A stretch of 64,000 nucleotides of DNA, taken from the NCBI GenBank assembly GCA_032718475.1, contig JAUCBJ010006714.1:101162-165161 (forward strand), written 5' to 3'. Below are positions 14,501 to 29,540 of this stretch, piece by piece. A program made the translations under genes and the position numbers. Below the pieces are notes generated by a model. That model was not told the origin of the DNA and did no database searches. It saw only the letters and a list, made by a program, of their open reading frames with translations. The stretch is from Nemertoderma westbladi. Taxonomy: Eukaryota; Animalia; Xenacoelomorpha. Numbering within the stretch: the first letter of the stretch is position 1; each line of letters begins with the position of its first letter.

Positions 14501-16900
14501 CTATCCGTAATGTAACAACGTCTACGCGTTTTAGTTTTAGCCACTATCCGTAATGTAACAACGTCTACGCGTTTTAGTTTTAGCCACTATCCGTAATGTA
14601 ACAACGTCTACGCGTTTTAGTTTTAGCCACTATCCGTAATGTAACAACGTCTACGCGTTTTAGTTTTAGCCACTATCCGTAATGTAACAACATCTACGCG
14701 TTTTAGTTTTAGCCACTATCCGTAATGTAACAACATCTACGCGTTTTAGTTTTAGCCACTATCCGTAATGTAACAACATCTACGCGTTTTAGTTTTAGCC
14801 ACTATCCGTAATGTCACAACGTCTACGCGTTTTAGTTTTAGCCACTATCCGTAATGTAACAACGTCTACGCGTTTTAGTTTTAGCCACTATCCGTAATGT
14901 AACAACGTCTACGCGTTTTAGTTTTAGCCACTATCCGTAATGTAACAACGTCTACGCGTTTTAGTTTTAGCCACTATCCGTAATGTAACAACGTCTACGC
15001 GTTTTAGTTTTAGCCACTATCCGTAATGTAACAACGTCTACGCGTTTTAGTTTTAGCCACTATCCGTAATGTAACAACGTCTACGCGTTTTAGTTTTAGC
15101 CACTAACCGTAATGTAACAACGTCTACGTGTTTTAGTTTTAGCCACTATCCGTAATGTCACGACGTCTACGCGTTTTAGTTTTAGCCACTATCCGTAATG
15201 TAACAACATCTACGTGTTTTAGTTTTAGCCACTAACCGTAATGTAACAACGTCTACGCGTTTTAGTTTTAGCCACTAACCGTAATGTCACAACGTCTACG
15301 CGTTTTAGTTTTAGCCACTATCCGTAATGTCCCAACGTCTACGCGTTTTAGTTTTAGCCACTATCCGTAATGTAACAACATCTACGCGTTTTAGTTTTAG
15401 CCACTATCCGTAATGTCCCAACGTCTACGCGTTTTAGTTTTAGCCACTATCCGTAATGTAACAACATCTACGCGTTTTAGTTTTAGCCACTATCCGTAAT
15501 GTCCCAACGTCTACGCGTTTTAGTTTTAGCCACTATCCGTAATGTCCCAACGTCTACGCGTTTTAGTTTTAGCCACTATCCGTAATGTAACAACATCTAC
15601 GCGTTTTAGTTTTAGCCACTATCCGTAATGTAACAACATCTACGCGTTTTAGTTTTAGCCACTATCCGTAATGTCCCAACGTCTACGCGTTTTAGTTTTA
15701 GCCACTATCCGTAATGTAACAACGTCTACGCGTTTTAGTTTTAGCCACTATCCGTAATGTAACAACATCTACGCGTTTTAGTTTTAGCCACTATCCGTAA
15801 TGTAACAACGTCTACGCGTTTTAGTTTTAGCCACTATCCGTAATGTAACAACGTCTACGCGTTTTAGTTTTAGCCACTAACCGTAATGTAACAACGTCTA
15901 CGCGTTTTAGTTTTAGCCACTATCCGTAATGTAACAACATCTACGCGTTTTAGTTTTAGCCACTATCCGTAATGTCCCAACGTCTACGCGTTTTAGTTTT
16001 AGCCACTATCCGTAATGTAACAACATCTACGCGTTTTAGTTTTAGCCACTAACCGTAATGTCACGACGTCTACGCGTTTTAGTTTTAGCCACTAACCGTA
16101 ATGTAACAACGTCTACGCGTTTTAGTTTTAGCCACTATCCGTAATGTAACAACGTCTACGCGTTTTAGTTTTAGCCACTATCCGTAATGTAACAACGTCT
16201 ACGCGTTTTAGTTTTAGCCACTAACCGTAATGTCACGACGTCTACGCGTTTTAGTTTTAGCCACTAACCGTAATGTAACAACGTCTACGCGTTTTAGTTT
16301 TAGCCACTATCCGTAATGTAACAACATCTACGCGTTTTAGTTTTAGCCACTAACCGTAATGTCACAACGTCTACGCGTTTTAGTTTTAGCCACTAACCGT
16401 AATGTCACGACGTCTACGCGTTTTAGTTTTAGCCACTATCCGTAATGTAACAACGTCTACGCGTTTTAGTTTTAGCCACTATCCGTAATGTAACAACATC
16501 TACGCGTTTTAGTTTTAGCCACTATCCGTAATGTAACAACGTCTACGCGTTTTAGTTTTAGCCACTATCCGTAATGTAACAACATCTACGTGTTTTAGTT
16601 TTAGCCACTATCCGTAATGTAACAACATCTACGCGTTTTAGTTTTAGCCACTATCCGTAATGTAACAACGTCTACGCGTTTTAGTTTTAGCCACTATCCG
16701 TAATGTAACAACATCTACGCGTTTTAGTTTTAGCCACTATCCGTAATGTAACAACGTCTACGCGTTTTAGTTTTAGCCACTATCCGTAATGTAACAACAT
16801 CTACGCGTTTTAGTTTTAGCCACTATCCGTAATGTAACAACGTCTACGCGTTTTAGTTTTAGCCACTATCCGTAATGTAACAACGTCTACGCGTTTTAGT
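11567..16900. repeat. Copy 2 of the segmental duplication, with ~13 extra units (right end approximate)
   Basis: Marker offsets to copy 1 grow from 11351 (2351/13702) to 11824 (TACGTG 3301/15125) to 11910 (4681/16591). Confidence 0.85.
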
Positions 16901-19900
16901 TTTAGCCACTATCCGTAATGTAACAACATCTACGTGTTTTAGTTTTAGCCACTATCCGTAATGTAACAACGTCTACGCGTTTTAGTTTTAGCCACTATCC
17001 GTAATGTAACAACGTCTACGCGTTTTAGTTTTAGCCACTATCCGTAATGTAACAACATCTACGCGTTTTAGTTTTAGCCACTATCCGTAATGTAACAACG
17101 TCTACGCGTTTTAGTTTTAGCCACTATCCGTAATGTAACAACATCTACGCGTTTTAGTTTTAGCCACTATCCGTAATGTCCCAACGTCTACGCGTTTTAG
17201 TTTTAGCCACTATCCGTAATGTAACAACATCTACGCGTTTTAGTTTTAGCCACTATCCGTAATGTCCCAACGTCTACGCGTTTTAGTTTTAGCCACTATC
17301 CGTAATGTAACAACATCTACGCGTTTTAGTTTTAGCCACTAACCGTAATGTCACAACGTCTACGCGTTTTAGTTTTAGCCACTATCCGTAATGTAACAAC
17401 ATCTACGCGTTTTAGTTTTAGCCACTATCCGTAATGTCCCAACGTCTACGCGTTTTAGTTTTAGCCACTATCCGTAATGTAACAACGTCTACGCGTTTTA
17501 GTTTTAGCCACTAACCGTAATGTCACAACGTCTACGCGTTTTAGTTTTAGCCACTATCCGTAATGTCCCAACGTCTACGCGTTTTAGTTTTAGCCACTAT
17601 CCGTAATGTAACAACATCTACGCGTTTTAGTTTTAGCCACTATCCGTAATGTAACAACGTCTACGCGTTTTAGTTTTAGCCACTATCCGTAATGTAACAA
17701 CGTCTACGCGTTTTAGTTTTAGCCACTATCCGTAATGTAACAACATCTACGCGTTTTAGTTTTAGCCACTATCCGTAATGTCACAACGTCTACGCGTTTT
17801 AGTTTTAGCCACTAACCGTAATGTCACAACGTCTACGCGTTTTAGTTTTAGCCACTATCCGTAATGTAACAACGTCTACGCGTTTTAGTTTTAGCCACTA
17901 ACCGTAATGTCACAACGTCTACGCGTTTTAGTTTTAGCCACTAACCGTAATGTCCCAACGTCTACGCGTTTTAGTTTTAGCCACTAACCGTAATGTCACA
18001 ACGTCTACGCGTTTTAGTTTTAGCCACTAACCGTAATGTCCCAACGTCTACGCGTTTTAGTTTTAGCCACTATCCGTAATGTCCCAACGTCTACGCGTTT
18101 TAGTTTTAGCCACTATCCGTAATGTAACAACGTCTACGCGTTTTAGTTTTAGCCACTAACCGTAATGTCACAACGTCTACGCGTTTTAGTTTTAGCCACT
18201 ATCCGTAATGTCACGACGTCTACGCGTTTTAGTTTTAGCCACTATCCGTAATGTCCCAACGTCTACGCGTTTTAGTTTTAGCCACTATCCGTAATGTAAC
18301 AACGTCTACGCGTTTTAGTTTTAGCCACTAACCGTAATGTAACAACGTCTACGCGTTTTAGTTTTAGCCACTAACCGTAATGTCACAACGTCTACGCGTT
18401 TTAGTTTTAGCCACTATCCGTAATGTAACAACGTCTACGCGTTTTAGTTTTAGCCACTAACCGTAATGTCACAACGTCTACGCGTTTTAGTTTTAGCCAC
18501 TAACCGTAATGTCACGACGTCTACGCGTTTTAGTTTTAGCCACTATCCGTAATGTCCCAACGTCTACGCGTTTTAGTTTTAGCCACTATCCGTAATGTAA
18601 CAACGTCTACGCGTTTTAGTTTTAGCCACTAACCGTAATGTCACAACGTCTACGCGTTTTAGTTTTAGCCACTAACCGTAATGTCACGACGTCTACGCGT
18701 TTTAGTTTTAGCCACTATCCGTAATGTCCCAACGTCTACGCGTTTTAGTTTTAGCCACTAACCGTAATGTCACGACGTCTACGCGTTTTAGTTTTAGCCA
18801 CCAACCGTAATGTCACAACGTCTACGCGTTTTAGTTTTAGCCACTAACCGTAATGTCACGACGTCTACGCGTTTTAGTTTTAGCCACTATCCGTAATGTC
18901 CCAACGTCTACGCGTTTTAGTTTTAGCCACTATCCGTAATGTAACAACGTCTACGCGTTTTAGTTTTAGCCACTAACCGTAATGTCACAACGTCTACGCG
19001 TTTTAGTTTTAGCCACTATCCGTAATGTAACAACGTCTACGCGTTTTAGTTTTAGCCACTAACCGTAATGTCACAACGTCTACGCGTTTTAGTTTTAGCC
19101 ACTATCCGTAATGTAACAACATCTACGCGTTTTAGTTTTAGCCACTAACCGTAATGTAACAACGTCTACGCGTTTTAGTTTTAGCCACTAACCGTAATGT
19201 CACAACGTCTACGCGTTTTAGTTTTAGCCACTATCCGTAATGTAACAACGTCTACGCGTTTTAGTTTTAGCCACTAACCGTAATGTAACAACGTCTACGC
19301 GTTTTAGTTTTAGCCACTAACCGTAATGTCACGACGTCTACGCGTTTTAGTTTTAGCCACTATCCGTAATGTAACAACGTCTACGCGTTTTAGTTTTAGC
19401 CACTATCCGTAATGTAACAACGTCTACGCGTTTTAGTTTTAGCCACTAACCGTAATGTCACAACGTCTACGCGTTTTAGTTTTAGCCACTATCCGTAATG
19501 TAACAACGTCTACGCGTTTTAGTTTTAGCCACTAACCGTAATGTCACAACGTCTACGCGTTTTAGTTTTAGCCACTAACCGTAATGTCACAACGTCTACG
19601 CGTTTTAGTTTTAGCCACTATCCGTAATGTAACAACGTCTACGCGTTTTAGTTTTAGCCACTAACCGTAATGTAACAACGTCTACGCGTTTTAGTTTTAG
19701 CCACTAACCGTAATGTCACGACGTCTACGCGTTTTAGTTTTAGCCACTATCCGTAATGTAACAACGTCTACGCGTTTTAGTTTTAGCCACTAACCGTAAT
19801 GTAACAACGTCTACGCGTTTTAGTTTTAGCCACTATCCGTAATGTAACAACGTCTACGCGTTTTAGTTTTAGCCACTATCCGTAATGTAACAACGTCTAC

Positions 19901-22900
19901 GCGTTTTAGTTTTAGCCACTATCCGTAATGTAACAACATCTACGCGTTTTAGTTTTAGCCACTATCCGTAATGTAACAACATCTACGCGTTTTAGTTTTA
20001 GCCACTATCCGTAATGTCACAACGTCTACGCGTTTTAGTTTTAGCCACTATCCGTAATGTAACAACGTCTACGCGTTTTAGTTTTAGCCACTAACCGTAA
20101 TGTCACAACGTCTACGCGTTTTAGTTTTAGCCACTATCCGTAATGTAACAACATCTACGCGTTTTAGTTTTAGCCACTAACCGTAATGTAACAACGTCTA
20201 CGCGTTTTAGTTTTAGCCACTAACCGTAATGTCACAACGTCTACGCGTTTTAGTTTTAGCCACTATCCGTAATGTCACAACGTCTACGCGTTTTAGTTTT
20301 AGCCACTATCCGTAATGTCACAACGTCTACGCGTTTTAGTTTTAGCCACTATCCGTAATGTAACAACGTCTACGCGTTTTAGTTTTAGCCACTAACCGTA
20401 ATGTCACAACGTCTACGCGTTTTAGTTTTAGCCACTATCCGTAATGTCACAACGTCTACGCGTTTTAGTTTTAGCCACTATCCGTAATGTAACAACGTCT
20501 ACGCGTTTTAGTTTTAGCCACTATCCGTAATGTAACAACATCTACGTGTTTTAGTTTTAGCCACTATCCGTAATGTAACAACGTCTACGCGTTTTAGTTT
20601 TAGCCACTATCCGTAATGTAACAACATCTACGTGTTTTAGTTTTAGCCACTATCCGTAATGTAACAACATCTACGTGTTTTAGTTTTAGCCACTATCCGT
20701 AATGTAACAACGTCTACGTGTTTTAGTTTTAGCCACTATCCGTAATGTAACAACATCTACGCGTTTTAGTTTTAGCCACTATCCGTAATGTAACAACATC
20801 TACGTGTTTTAGTTTTAGCCACTAACCGTAATGTAACAACATCTACGTGTTTTAGTTTTAGCCACTATCCGTAATGTAACAACATCTACGTGTTTTAGTT
20901 TTAGCCACTATCCGTAATGTAACAACATCTACGCGTTTTAGTTTTAGCCACTATCCGTAATGTAACAACATCTACGCGTTTTAGTTTTAGCCACTATCCG
21001 TAATGTCCCAACGTCTACGCGTTTTAGTTTTAGCCACTATCCGTAATGTAACAACGTCTACGCGTTTTAGTTTTAGCCACTATCCGTAATGTCACAACGT
21101 CTACGCGTTTTAGTTTTAGCCACTATCCGTAATGTCACAACGTCTACGCGTTTTAGTTTTAGCTACCAACCGTAATGTCACAACGTCTACGCGTTTTAGT
21201 TTTAGCCACTATCCGTAATGTAACAACGTCTACGCGTTTTAGTTTTAGCCACTATCCGTAATGTCACAACGTCTACGCGTTTTAGTTTTAGCTACCAACC
21301 GTAATGTCACAACGTCTACGCGTTTTAGTTTTAGCCACTATCCGTAATGTAACAACGTCTACGTGTTTTAGTTTTAGCCACTATCCGTAATGTAACAACA
21401 TCTACGCGTTTTAGTTTTAGCCACCAACCGTAATGTCACAACGTTTACGCGTTTTAGTTTTAGCCACTATCCGTAATGTAACAACATCTACGTGTTTTAG
21501 TTTTAGCCACTAACCGTAATGTAACAACATCTACGTGTTTTAGTTTTAGCCACTATCCGTAATGTAACAACATCTACGTGTTTTAGTTTTAGCCACTAAC
21601 CGTAATGTAACAACATCTACGTGTTTTAGTTTTAGCCACTATCCGTAATGTAACAACATCTACGTGTTTTAGTTTTAGCCACTAACCGTAATGTAACAAC
21701 ATCTACGTGTTTTAGTTTTAGCCACTATCCGTAATGTAACAACATCTACGTGTTTTAGTTTTAGCCACTATCCGTAATGTAACAACATCTACGTGTTTTA
21801 GTTTTAGCCACTATCCGTAATGTAACAACGTCTACGTGTTTTAGTTTTAGCCACTATCCGTAATGTAACAACATCTACGCGTTTTAGTTTTAGCCACTAA
21901 CCGTAATGTAACAACGTCTACGCGTTTTAGTTTTAGCCACTATCCGTAATGTCACAACGTCTACGCGTTTTAGTTTTAGCCACTATCCGTAATGTAACAA
22001 CGTCTACGCGTTTTAGTTTTAGCCACTATCCGTAATGTAACAACGTCTACGCGTTTTAGTTTTAGCCACTATCCGTAATGTAACAACATCTACGTGTTTT
22101 AGTTTTAGCCACTAACCGTAATGTAACAACATCTACGTGTTTTAGTTTTAGCCACTATCCGTAATGTAACAACATCTACGTGTTTTAGTTTTAGCCACTA
22201 TCCGTAATGTAACAACATCTACGTGTTTTAGTTTTAGCCACTATCCGTAATGTAACAACGTCTACGCGTTTTAGTTTTAGCCACTATCCGTAATGTAACA
22301 ACATCTACGTGTTTTAGTTTTAGCCACTATCCGTAATGTAACAACATCTACGTGTTTTAGTTTTAGCCACTATCCGTAATGTAACAACGTCTACGTGTTT
22401 TAGTTTTAGCCACTATCCGTAATGTAACAACATCTACGTGTTTTAGTTTTAGCCACCAACCGTAATGTAACAACGTCTACGCGTTTTAGTTTTAGCCACT
22501 ATCCGTAATGTAACAACGTCTACGCGTTTTAGTTTTAGCCACTATCCGTAATGTAACAACGTCTACGCGTTTTAGTTTTAGCCACTATCCGTAATGTAAC
22601 AACGTCTACGCGTTTTAGTTTTAGCCACTATCCGTAATGTAACAACATCTACGTGTTTTAGTTTTAGCCACTAACCGTAATGTAACAACATCTACGTGTT
22701 TTAGTTTTAGCCACTATCCGTAATGTAACAACGTCTACGCGTTTTAGTTTTAGCCACTATCCGTAATGTAACAACGTCTACGCGTTTTAGTTTTAGCCAC
22801 TAACCGTAATGTAACAACGTCTACGCGTTTTAGTTTTAGCCACTATCCGTAATGTAACAACGTCTACGCGTTTTAGTTTTAGCCACTATCCGTAATGTAA

Positions 22901-25369
22901 CAACATCTACGTGTTTTAGTTTTAGCCACTAACCGTAATGTAACAACATCTACGTGTTTTAGTTTTAGCCACTATCCGTAATGTAACAACATCTACGTGT
23001 TTTAGTTTTAGCCACTATCCGTAATGTAACAACATCTACGTGTTTTAGTTTTAGCCACTATCCGTAATGTAACAACATCTACGTGTTTTAGTTTTAGCCA
23101 CTATCCGTAATGTAACAACATCTACGTGTTTTAGTTTTAGCCACTATCCGTAATGTAACAACATCTACGTGTTTTAGTTTTAGCCACTATCCGTAATGTA
23201 ACAACGTCTACGTGTTTTAGTTTTAGCCACTATCCGTAATGTAACAACATCTACGCGTTTTAGTTTTAGCCACTATCCGTAATGTAACAACGTCTACGCG
23301 TTTTAGTTTTAGCCACTATCCGTAATGTAACAACATCTACGTGTTTTAGTTTTAGCCACTAACCGTAATGTAACAACATCTACGTGTTTTAGTTTTAGCC
23401 ACTATCCGTAATGTAACAACATCTACGTGTTTTAGTTTTAGCCACTATCCGTAATGTAACAACATCTACGTGTTTTAGTTTTAGCCACTATCCGTAATGT
23501 AACAACGTCTACGTGTTTTAGTTTTAGCCACTATCCGTAATGTAACAACATCTACGCGTTTTAGTTTTAGCCACTATCCGTAATGTAACAACGTCTACGC
23601 GTTTTAGTTTTAGCCACTATCCGTAATGTAACAACATCTACGTGTTTTAGTTTTAGCCACTAACCGTAATGTAACAACATCTACGTGTTTTAGTTTTAGC
23701 CACTATCCGTAATGTAACAACATCTACGTGTTTTAGTTTTAGCCACTATCCGTAATGTAACAACGTCTACGCGTTTTAGTTTTAGCCACTATCCGTAATG
23801 TAACAACATCTACGTGTTTTAGTTTTAGCCACTATCCGTAATGTAACAACGTCTACGTGTTTTAGTTTTAGCCACTATCCGTAATGTAACAACATCTACG
23901 CGTTTTAGTTTTAGCCACTATCCGTAATGTAACAACATCTACGTGTTTTAGTTTTAGCCACTATCCGTAATGTAACAACGTCAACGCGTTTTAGTTTTAG
24001 CCACTATCCGTAATGTAACAACATCTACGTGTTTTAGTTTTAGCCACTATCCGTAATGTAACAACGTCTACGTGTTTTAGTTTTAGCCACTATCCGTAAT
24101 GTAACAACATCTACGCGTTTTAGTTTTAGCCACTATCCGTAATGTAACAACATCTACGTGTTTTAGTTTTAGCCACTATCCGTAATGTAACAACATCTAC
24201 GTGTTTTAGTTTTAGCCACTATCCGTAATGTAACAACGTCAACGCGTTTTAGTTTTAGCCACTATCCGTAATGTAACAACATCTACGTGTTTTAGTTTTA
24301 GCCACTATCCGTAATGTAACAACGTCTACGTGTTTTAGTTTTAGCCACTATCCGTAATGTAACAACATCTACGCGTTTTAGTTTTAGCCACTATCCGTAA
24401 TGTAACAACATCTACGTGTTTTAGTTTTAGCCACTATCCGTAATGTAACAACATCTACGTGTTTTAGTTTTAGCCACTATCCGTAATGTAACAACGTCTA
24501 CGTGTTTTAGTTTTAGCCACTATCCGTAATGTAACAACATCTACGCGTTTTAGTTTTAGCCACTAACCGTAATGTCACAACGTCTACGTGTTTTAGTTTT
24601 AGCCACTATCCGTAATGTAACAACGTCTACGCGTTTTAGTTTTAGCCACTAACCGTAATGTCACAACGTCTACGTGTTTTAGTTTTAGCCACTAACCGTA
24701 ATGTCACAACGTCTACGTGTTTTAGTTTTAGCCACTATCCGTAATGTAACAACATCTACGCGTTTTAGTTTTAGCCACTATCCGTAATGTAACAACGTCT
24801 ACGCGTTTTAGTTTTAGCCACTAACCGTAATGTCACAACGTCTACGTGTTTTAGTTTTAGCCACTATCCGTAATGTAACAACATCTACGCGTTTTAGTTT
24901 TAGCCACTATCCGTAATGTAACAACATCTACGCGTTTTAGTTTTAGCCACTATCCGTAATGTAACAACGTCTACGCGTTTTAGTTTTAGCCACTATCCGT
25001 AATGTAACAACGTCTACGCGTTTTAGTTTTAGCCACTAACCGTAATGTCACAACGTCTACGTGTTTTAGTTTTAGCCACTAACCGTAATGTCACAACGTC
25101 TACGTGTTTTAGTTTTAGCCACTATCCGTAATGTAACAACGTCTACGCGTTTTAGTTTTAGCCACTATCCGTAATGTAACAACGTCTACGCGTTTTAGTT
25201 TTAGCCACTAACCGTAATGTCACAACGTCTACGTGTTTTAGTTTTAGCCACTAACCGTAATGTCACAACGTCTACGTGTTTTAGTTTTAGCCACTATCCG
25301 TAATGTAACAACATCTACGCGTTTTAGTTTTAGCCACTATCCGTAATGTAACAACGTCTACGCGTTTTA

Positions 25370-27089
25370 GTTTTAGCCACTATCCGTAATGTAACAACGT
25401 CTACGCGTTTTAGTTTTAGCCACTAACCGTAATGTCACAACGTCTACGTGTTTTAGTTTTAGCCACTATCCGTAATGTAACAACATCTACGCGTTTTAGT
25501 TTTAGCCACTATCCGTAATGTAACAACGTCTACGCGTTTTAGTTTTAGCCACTATCCGTAATGTAACAACATCTACGTGTTTTAGTTTTAGCCACTATCC
25601 GTAATGTAACAACATCTACGTGTTTTAGTTTTAGCCACCAACCGTAATGTAACAACGTCTACGCGTTTTAGTTTTAGCCACTATCCGTAATGTAACAACG
25701 TCTACGTGTTTTAGTTTTAGCCACTATCCGTAATGTAACAACATCTACGCGTTTTAGTTTTAGCCACTATCCGTAATGTAACAACATCTACGTGTTTTAG
25801 TTTTAGCCACTATCCGTAATGTAACAACGTCTACGCGTTTTAGTTTTAGCCACTATCCGTAATGTAACAACGTCTACGTGTTTTAGTTTTAGCCACTATC
25901 CGTAATGTAACAACGTCTACGTGTTTTAGTTTTAGCCACTATCCGTAATGTCACGACGTCTACGCGTTTTAGTTTTAGCCACTATCCGTAATGTCACGAC
26001 GTCTACGCGTTTTAGTTTTAGCCACTATCCGTAATGTAACAACATCTATGCGTTTTAGTTTTAGCCACTATCCGTAATGTCCCAACGTCTACGCGTTTTA
26101 GTTTTAGCCACTATCCGTAATGTAACAACATCTACGCGTTTTAGTTTTAGCCACTATCCGTAATGTCCCAACGTCTACGTGTTTTAGTTTTAGCCACTAT
26201 CCGTAATGTAACAACATCTACGTGTTTTAGTTTTAGCCACTATCCGTAATGTAACAACGTCTACGCGTTTTAGTTTTAGCCACTAACCGTAATGTCACAA
26301 CGTCTACGTGTTTTAGTTTTAGCCACTATCCGTAATGTAACAACATCTACGCGTTTTAGTTTTAGCCACTATCCGTAATGTAACAACGTCTACGCGTTTT
26401 AGTTTTAGCCACTATCCGTAATGTAACAACATCTACGTGTTTTAGTTTTAGCCACTATCCGTAATGTAACAACATCTACGTGTTTTAGTTTTAGCCACCA
26501 ACCGTAATGTAACAACGTCTACGCGTTTTAGTTTTAGCCACTATCCGTAATGTAACAACGTCTACGTGTTTTAGTTTTAGCCACTATCCGTAATGTAACA
26601 ACATCTACGCGTTTTAGTTTTAGCCACTATCCGTAATGTAACAACATCTACGTGTTTTAGTTTTAGCCACTATCCGTAATGTAACAACGTCTACGCGTTT
26701 TAGTTTTAGCCACTATCCGTAATGTAACAACGTCTACGTGTTTTAGTTTTAGCCACTATCCGTAATGTAACAACGTCTACGTGTTTTAGTTTTAGCCACT
26801 ATCCGTAATGTCACGACGTCTACGCGTTTTAGTTTTAGCCACTATCCGTAATGTCACGACGTCTACGCGTTTTAGTTTTAGCCACTATCCGTAATGTAAC
26901 AACATCTATGCGTTTTAGTTTTAGCCACTATCCGTAATGTCCCAACGTCTACGCGTTTTAGTTTTAGCCACTATCCGTAATGTAACAACATCTACGCGTT
27001 TTAGTTTTAGCCACTATCCGTAATGTCCCAACGTCTACGTGTTTTAGTTTTAGCCACTATCCGTAATGTAACAACATCTACGTGTTTTA
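25370..27089. repeat. 20-unit (860-bp) tandem duplication
   Basis: Rare ATCTATG at 26044 and 26904, and CCACCAACC...AACAAC at ~25635 and ~26495. Both offsets are 860. Confidence 0.9.
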
Positions 27090-28422
27090 GTTTTAGCCAC
27101 TATCCGTAATGTAACAACATCTACGCGTTTTAGTTTTAGCCACTATCCGTAATGTCACGACGTCTACGCGTTTTAGTTTTAGCCACTATCCGTAATGTCA
27201 CGACGTCTACGCGTTTTAGTTTTAGCCACTATCCGTAATGTCACGACGTCTACGCGTTTTAGTTTTAGCCACTATCCGTAATGTAACAACATCTACGTGT
27301 TTTAGTTTTAGCCACTATCCGTAATGTAACAACATCTACGCGTTTTAGTTTTAGCCACTATCCGTAATGTCACGACGTCTACGCGTTTTAGTTTTAGCCA
27401 CTATCCGTAATGTCACGACGTCTACGCGTTTTAGTTTTAGCCACTATCCGTAATGTAACAACATCTACGTGTTTTAGTTTTAGCCACTATCCGTAATGTA
27501 ACAACGTCTACGTGTTTTAGTTTTAGCCACTATCCGTAATGTAACAACGTCTACGTGTTTTAGTTTTAGCCACTATCCGTAATGTCACGACGTCTACGCG
27601 TTTTAGTTTTAGCCACTATCCGTAATGTCACGACGTCTACGCGTTTTAGTTTTAGCCACTATCCGTAATGTAACAACATCTACGCGTTTTAGTTTTAGCC
27701 ACTATCCGTAATGTCCCAACGTCTACGCGTTTTAGTTTTAGCCACTATCCGTAATGTAACAACATCTACGTGTTTTAGTTTTAGCCACTATCCGTAATGT
27801 AACAACATCTACGCGTTTTAGTTTTAGCCACTATCCGTAATGTCACGACGTCTACGCGTTTTAGTTTTAGCCACTATCCGTAATGTCACGACGTCTACGC
27901 GTTTTAGTTTTAGCCACTATCCGTAATGTAACAACATCTACGCGTTTTAGTTTTAGCCACTATCCGTAATGTCACGACGTCTACGCGTTTTAGTTTTAGC
28001 CACTATCCGTAATGTCACGACGTCTACGCGTTTTAGTTTTAGCCACTATCCGTAATGTAACAACGTCTACGCGTTTTAGTTTTAGCCACTATCCGTAATG
28101 TAACAACGTCTACGTGTTTTAGTTTTAGCCACTATCCGTAATGTAACAACGTCTACGTGTTTTAGTTTTAGCCACTATCCGTAATGTCACGACGTCTACG
28201 CGTTTTAGTTTTAGCCACTATCCGTAATGTCACGACGTCTACGCGTTTTAGTTTTAGCCACTATCCGTAATGTAACAACATCTACGCGTTTTAGTTTTAG
28301 CCACTATCCGTAATGTCCCAACGTCTACGCGTTTTAGTTTTAGCCACTATCCGTAATGTAACAACATCTACGCGTTTTAGTTTTAGCCACTATCCGTAAT
28401 GTCCCAACGTCTACGTGTTTTA

Positions 28423-29540
28423 GTTTTAGCCACTATCCGTAATGTAACAACATCTACGTGTTTTAGTTTTAGCCACTATCCGTAATGTAACAACATCTAC
28501 GCGTTTTAGTTTTAGCCACTATCCGTAATGTCACGACGTCTACGCGTTTTAGTTTTAGCCACTATCCGTAATGTCACGACGTCTACGCGTTTTAGTTTTA
28601 GCCACTATCCGTAATGTAACAACATCTACGCGTTTTAGTTTTAGCCACTATCCGTAATGTCCCAACGTCTACGCGTTTTAGTTTTAGCCACTATCCGTAA
28701 TGTAACAACATCTACGTGTTTTAGTTTTAGCCACTATCCGTAATGTAACAACGTCTACGTGTTTTAGTTTTAGCCACTATCCGTAATGTAACAACATCTA
28801 CGCGTTTTAGTTTTAGCCACTATCCGTAATGTAACAACATCTACGTGTTTTAGTTTTAGCCACTATCCGTAATGTAACAACGTCTACGCGTTTTAGTTTT
28901 AGCCACTATCCGTAATGTAACAACATCTACGTGTTTTAGTTTTAGCCACTATCCGTAATGTAACAACATCTACGTGTTTTAGTTTTAGCCACTATCCGTA
29001 ATGTAACAACATCTACGCGTTTTAGTTTTAGCCACTATCCGTAATGTCACGACGTCTACGCGTTTTAGTTTTAGCCACTATCCGTAATGTCACGACGTCT
29101 ACGCGTTTTAGTTTTAGCCACTATCCGTAATGTAACAACATCTACGCGTTTTAGTTTTAGCCACTATCCGTAATGTCCCAACGTCTACGCGTTTTAGTTT
29201 TAGCCACTATCCGTAATGTAACAACATCTACGTGTTTTAGTTTTAGCCACTATCCGTAATGTAACAACGTCTACGTGTTTTAGTTTTAGCCACTATCCGT
29301 AATGTAACAACATCTACGCGTTTTAGTTTTAGCCACTATCCGTAATGTAACAACATCTACGTGTTTTAGTTTTAGCCACTATCCGTAATGTAACAACGTC
29401 TACGCGTTTTAGTTTTAGCCACTATCCGTAATGTAACAACATCTACGTGTTTTAGTTTTAGCCACTATCCGTAATGTAACAACATCTACGTGTTTTAGTT
29501 TTAGCCACTATCCGTAATGTAACAACATCTACGCGTTTTA
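28423..29540. repeat. 12-unit (516-bp) tandem duplication
   Basis: CCCAAC at 28661 and 29177 with the same flanking variant order. Confidence 0.8.
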
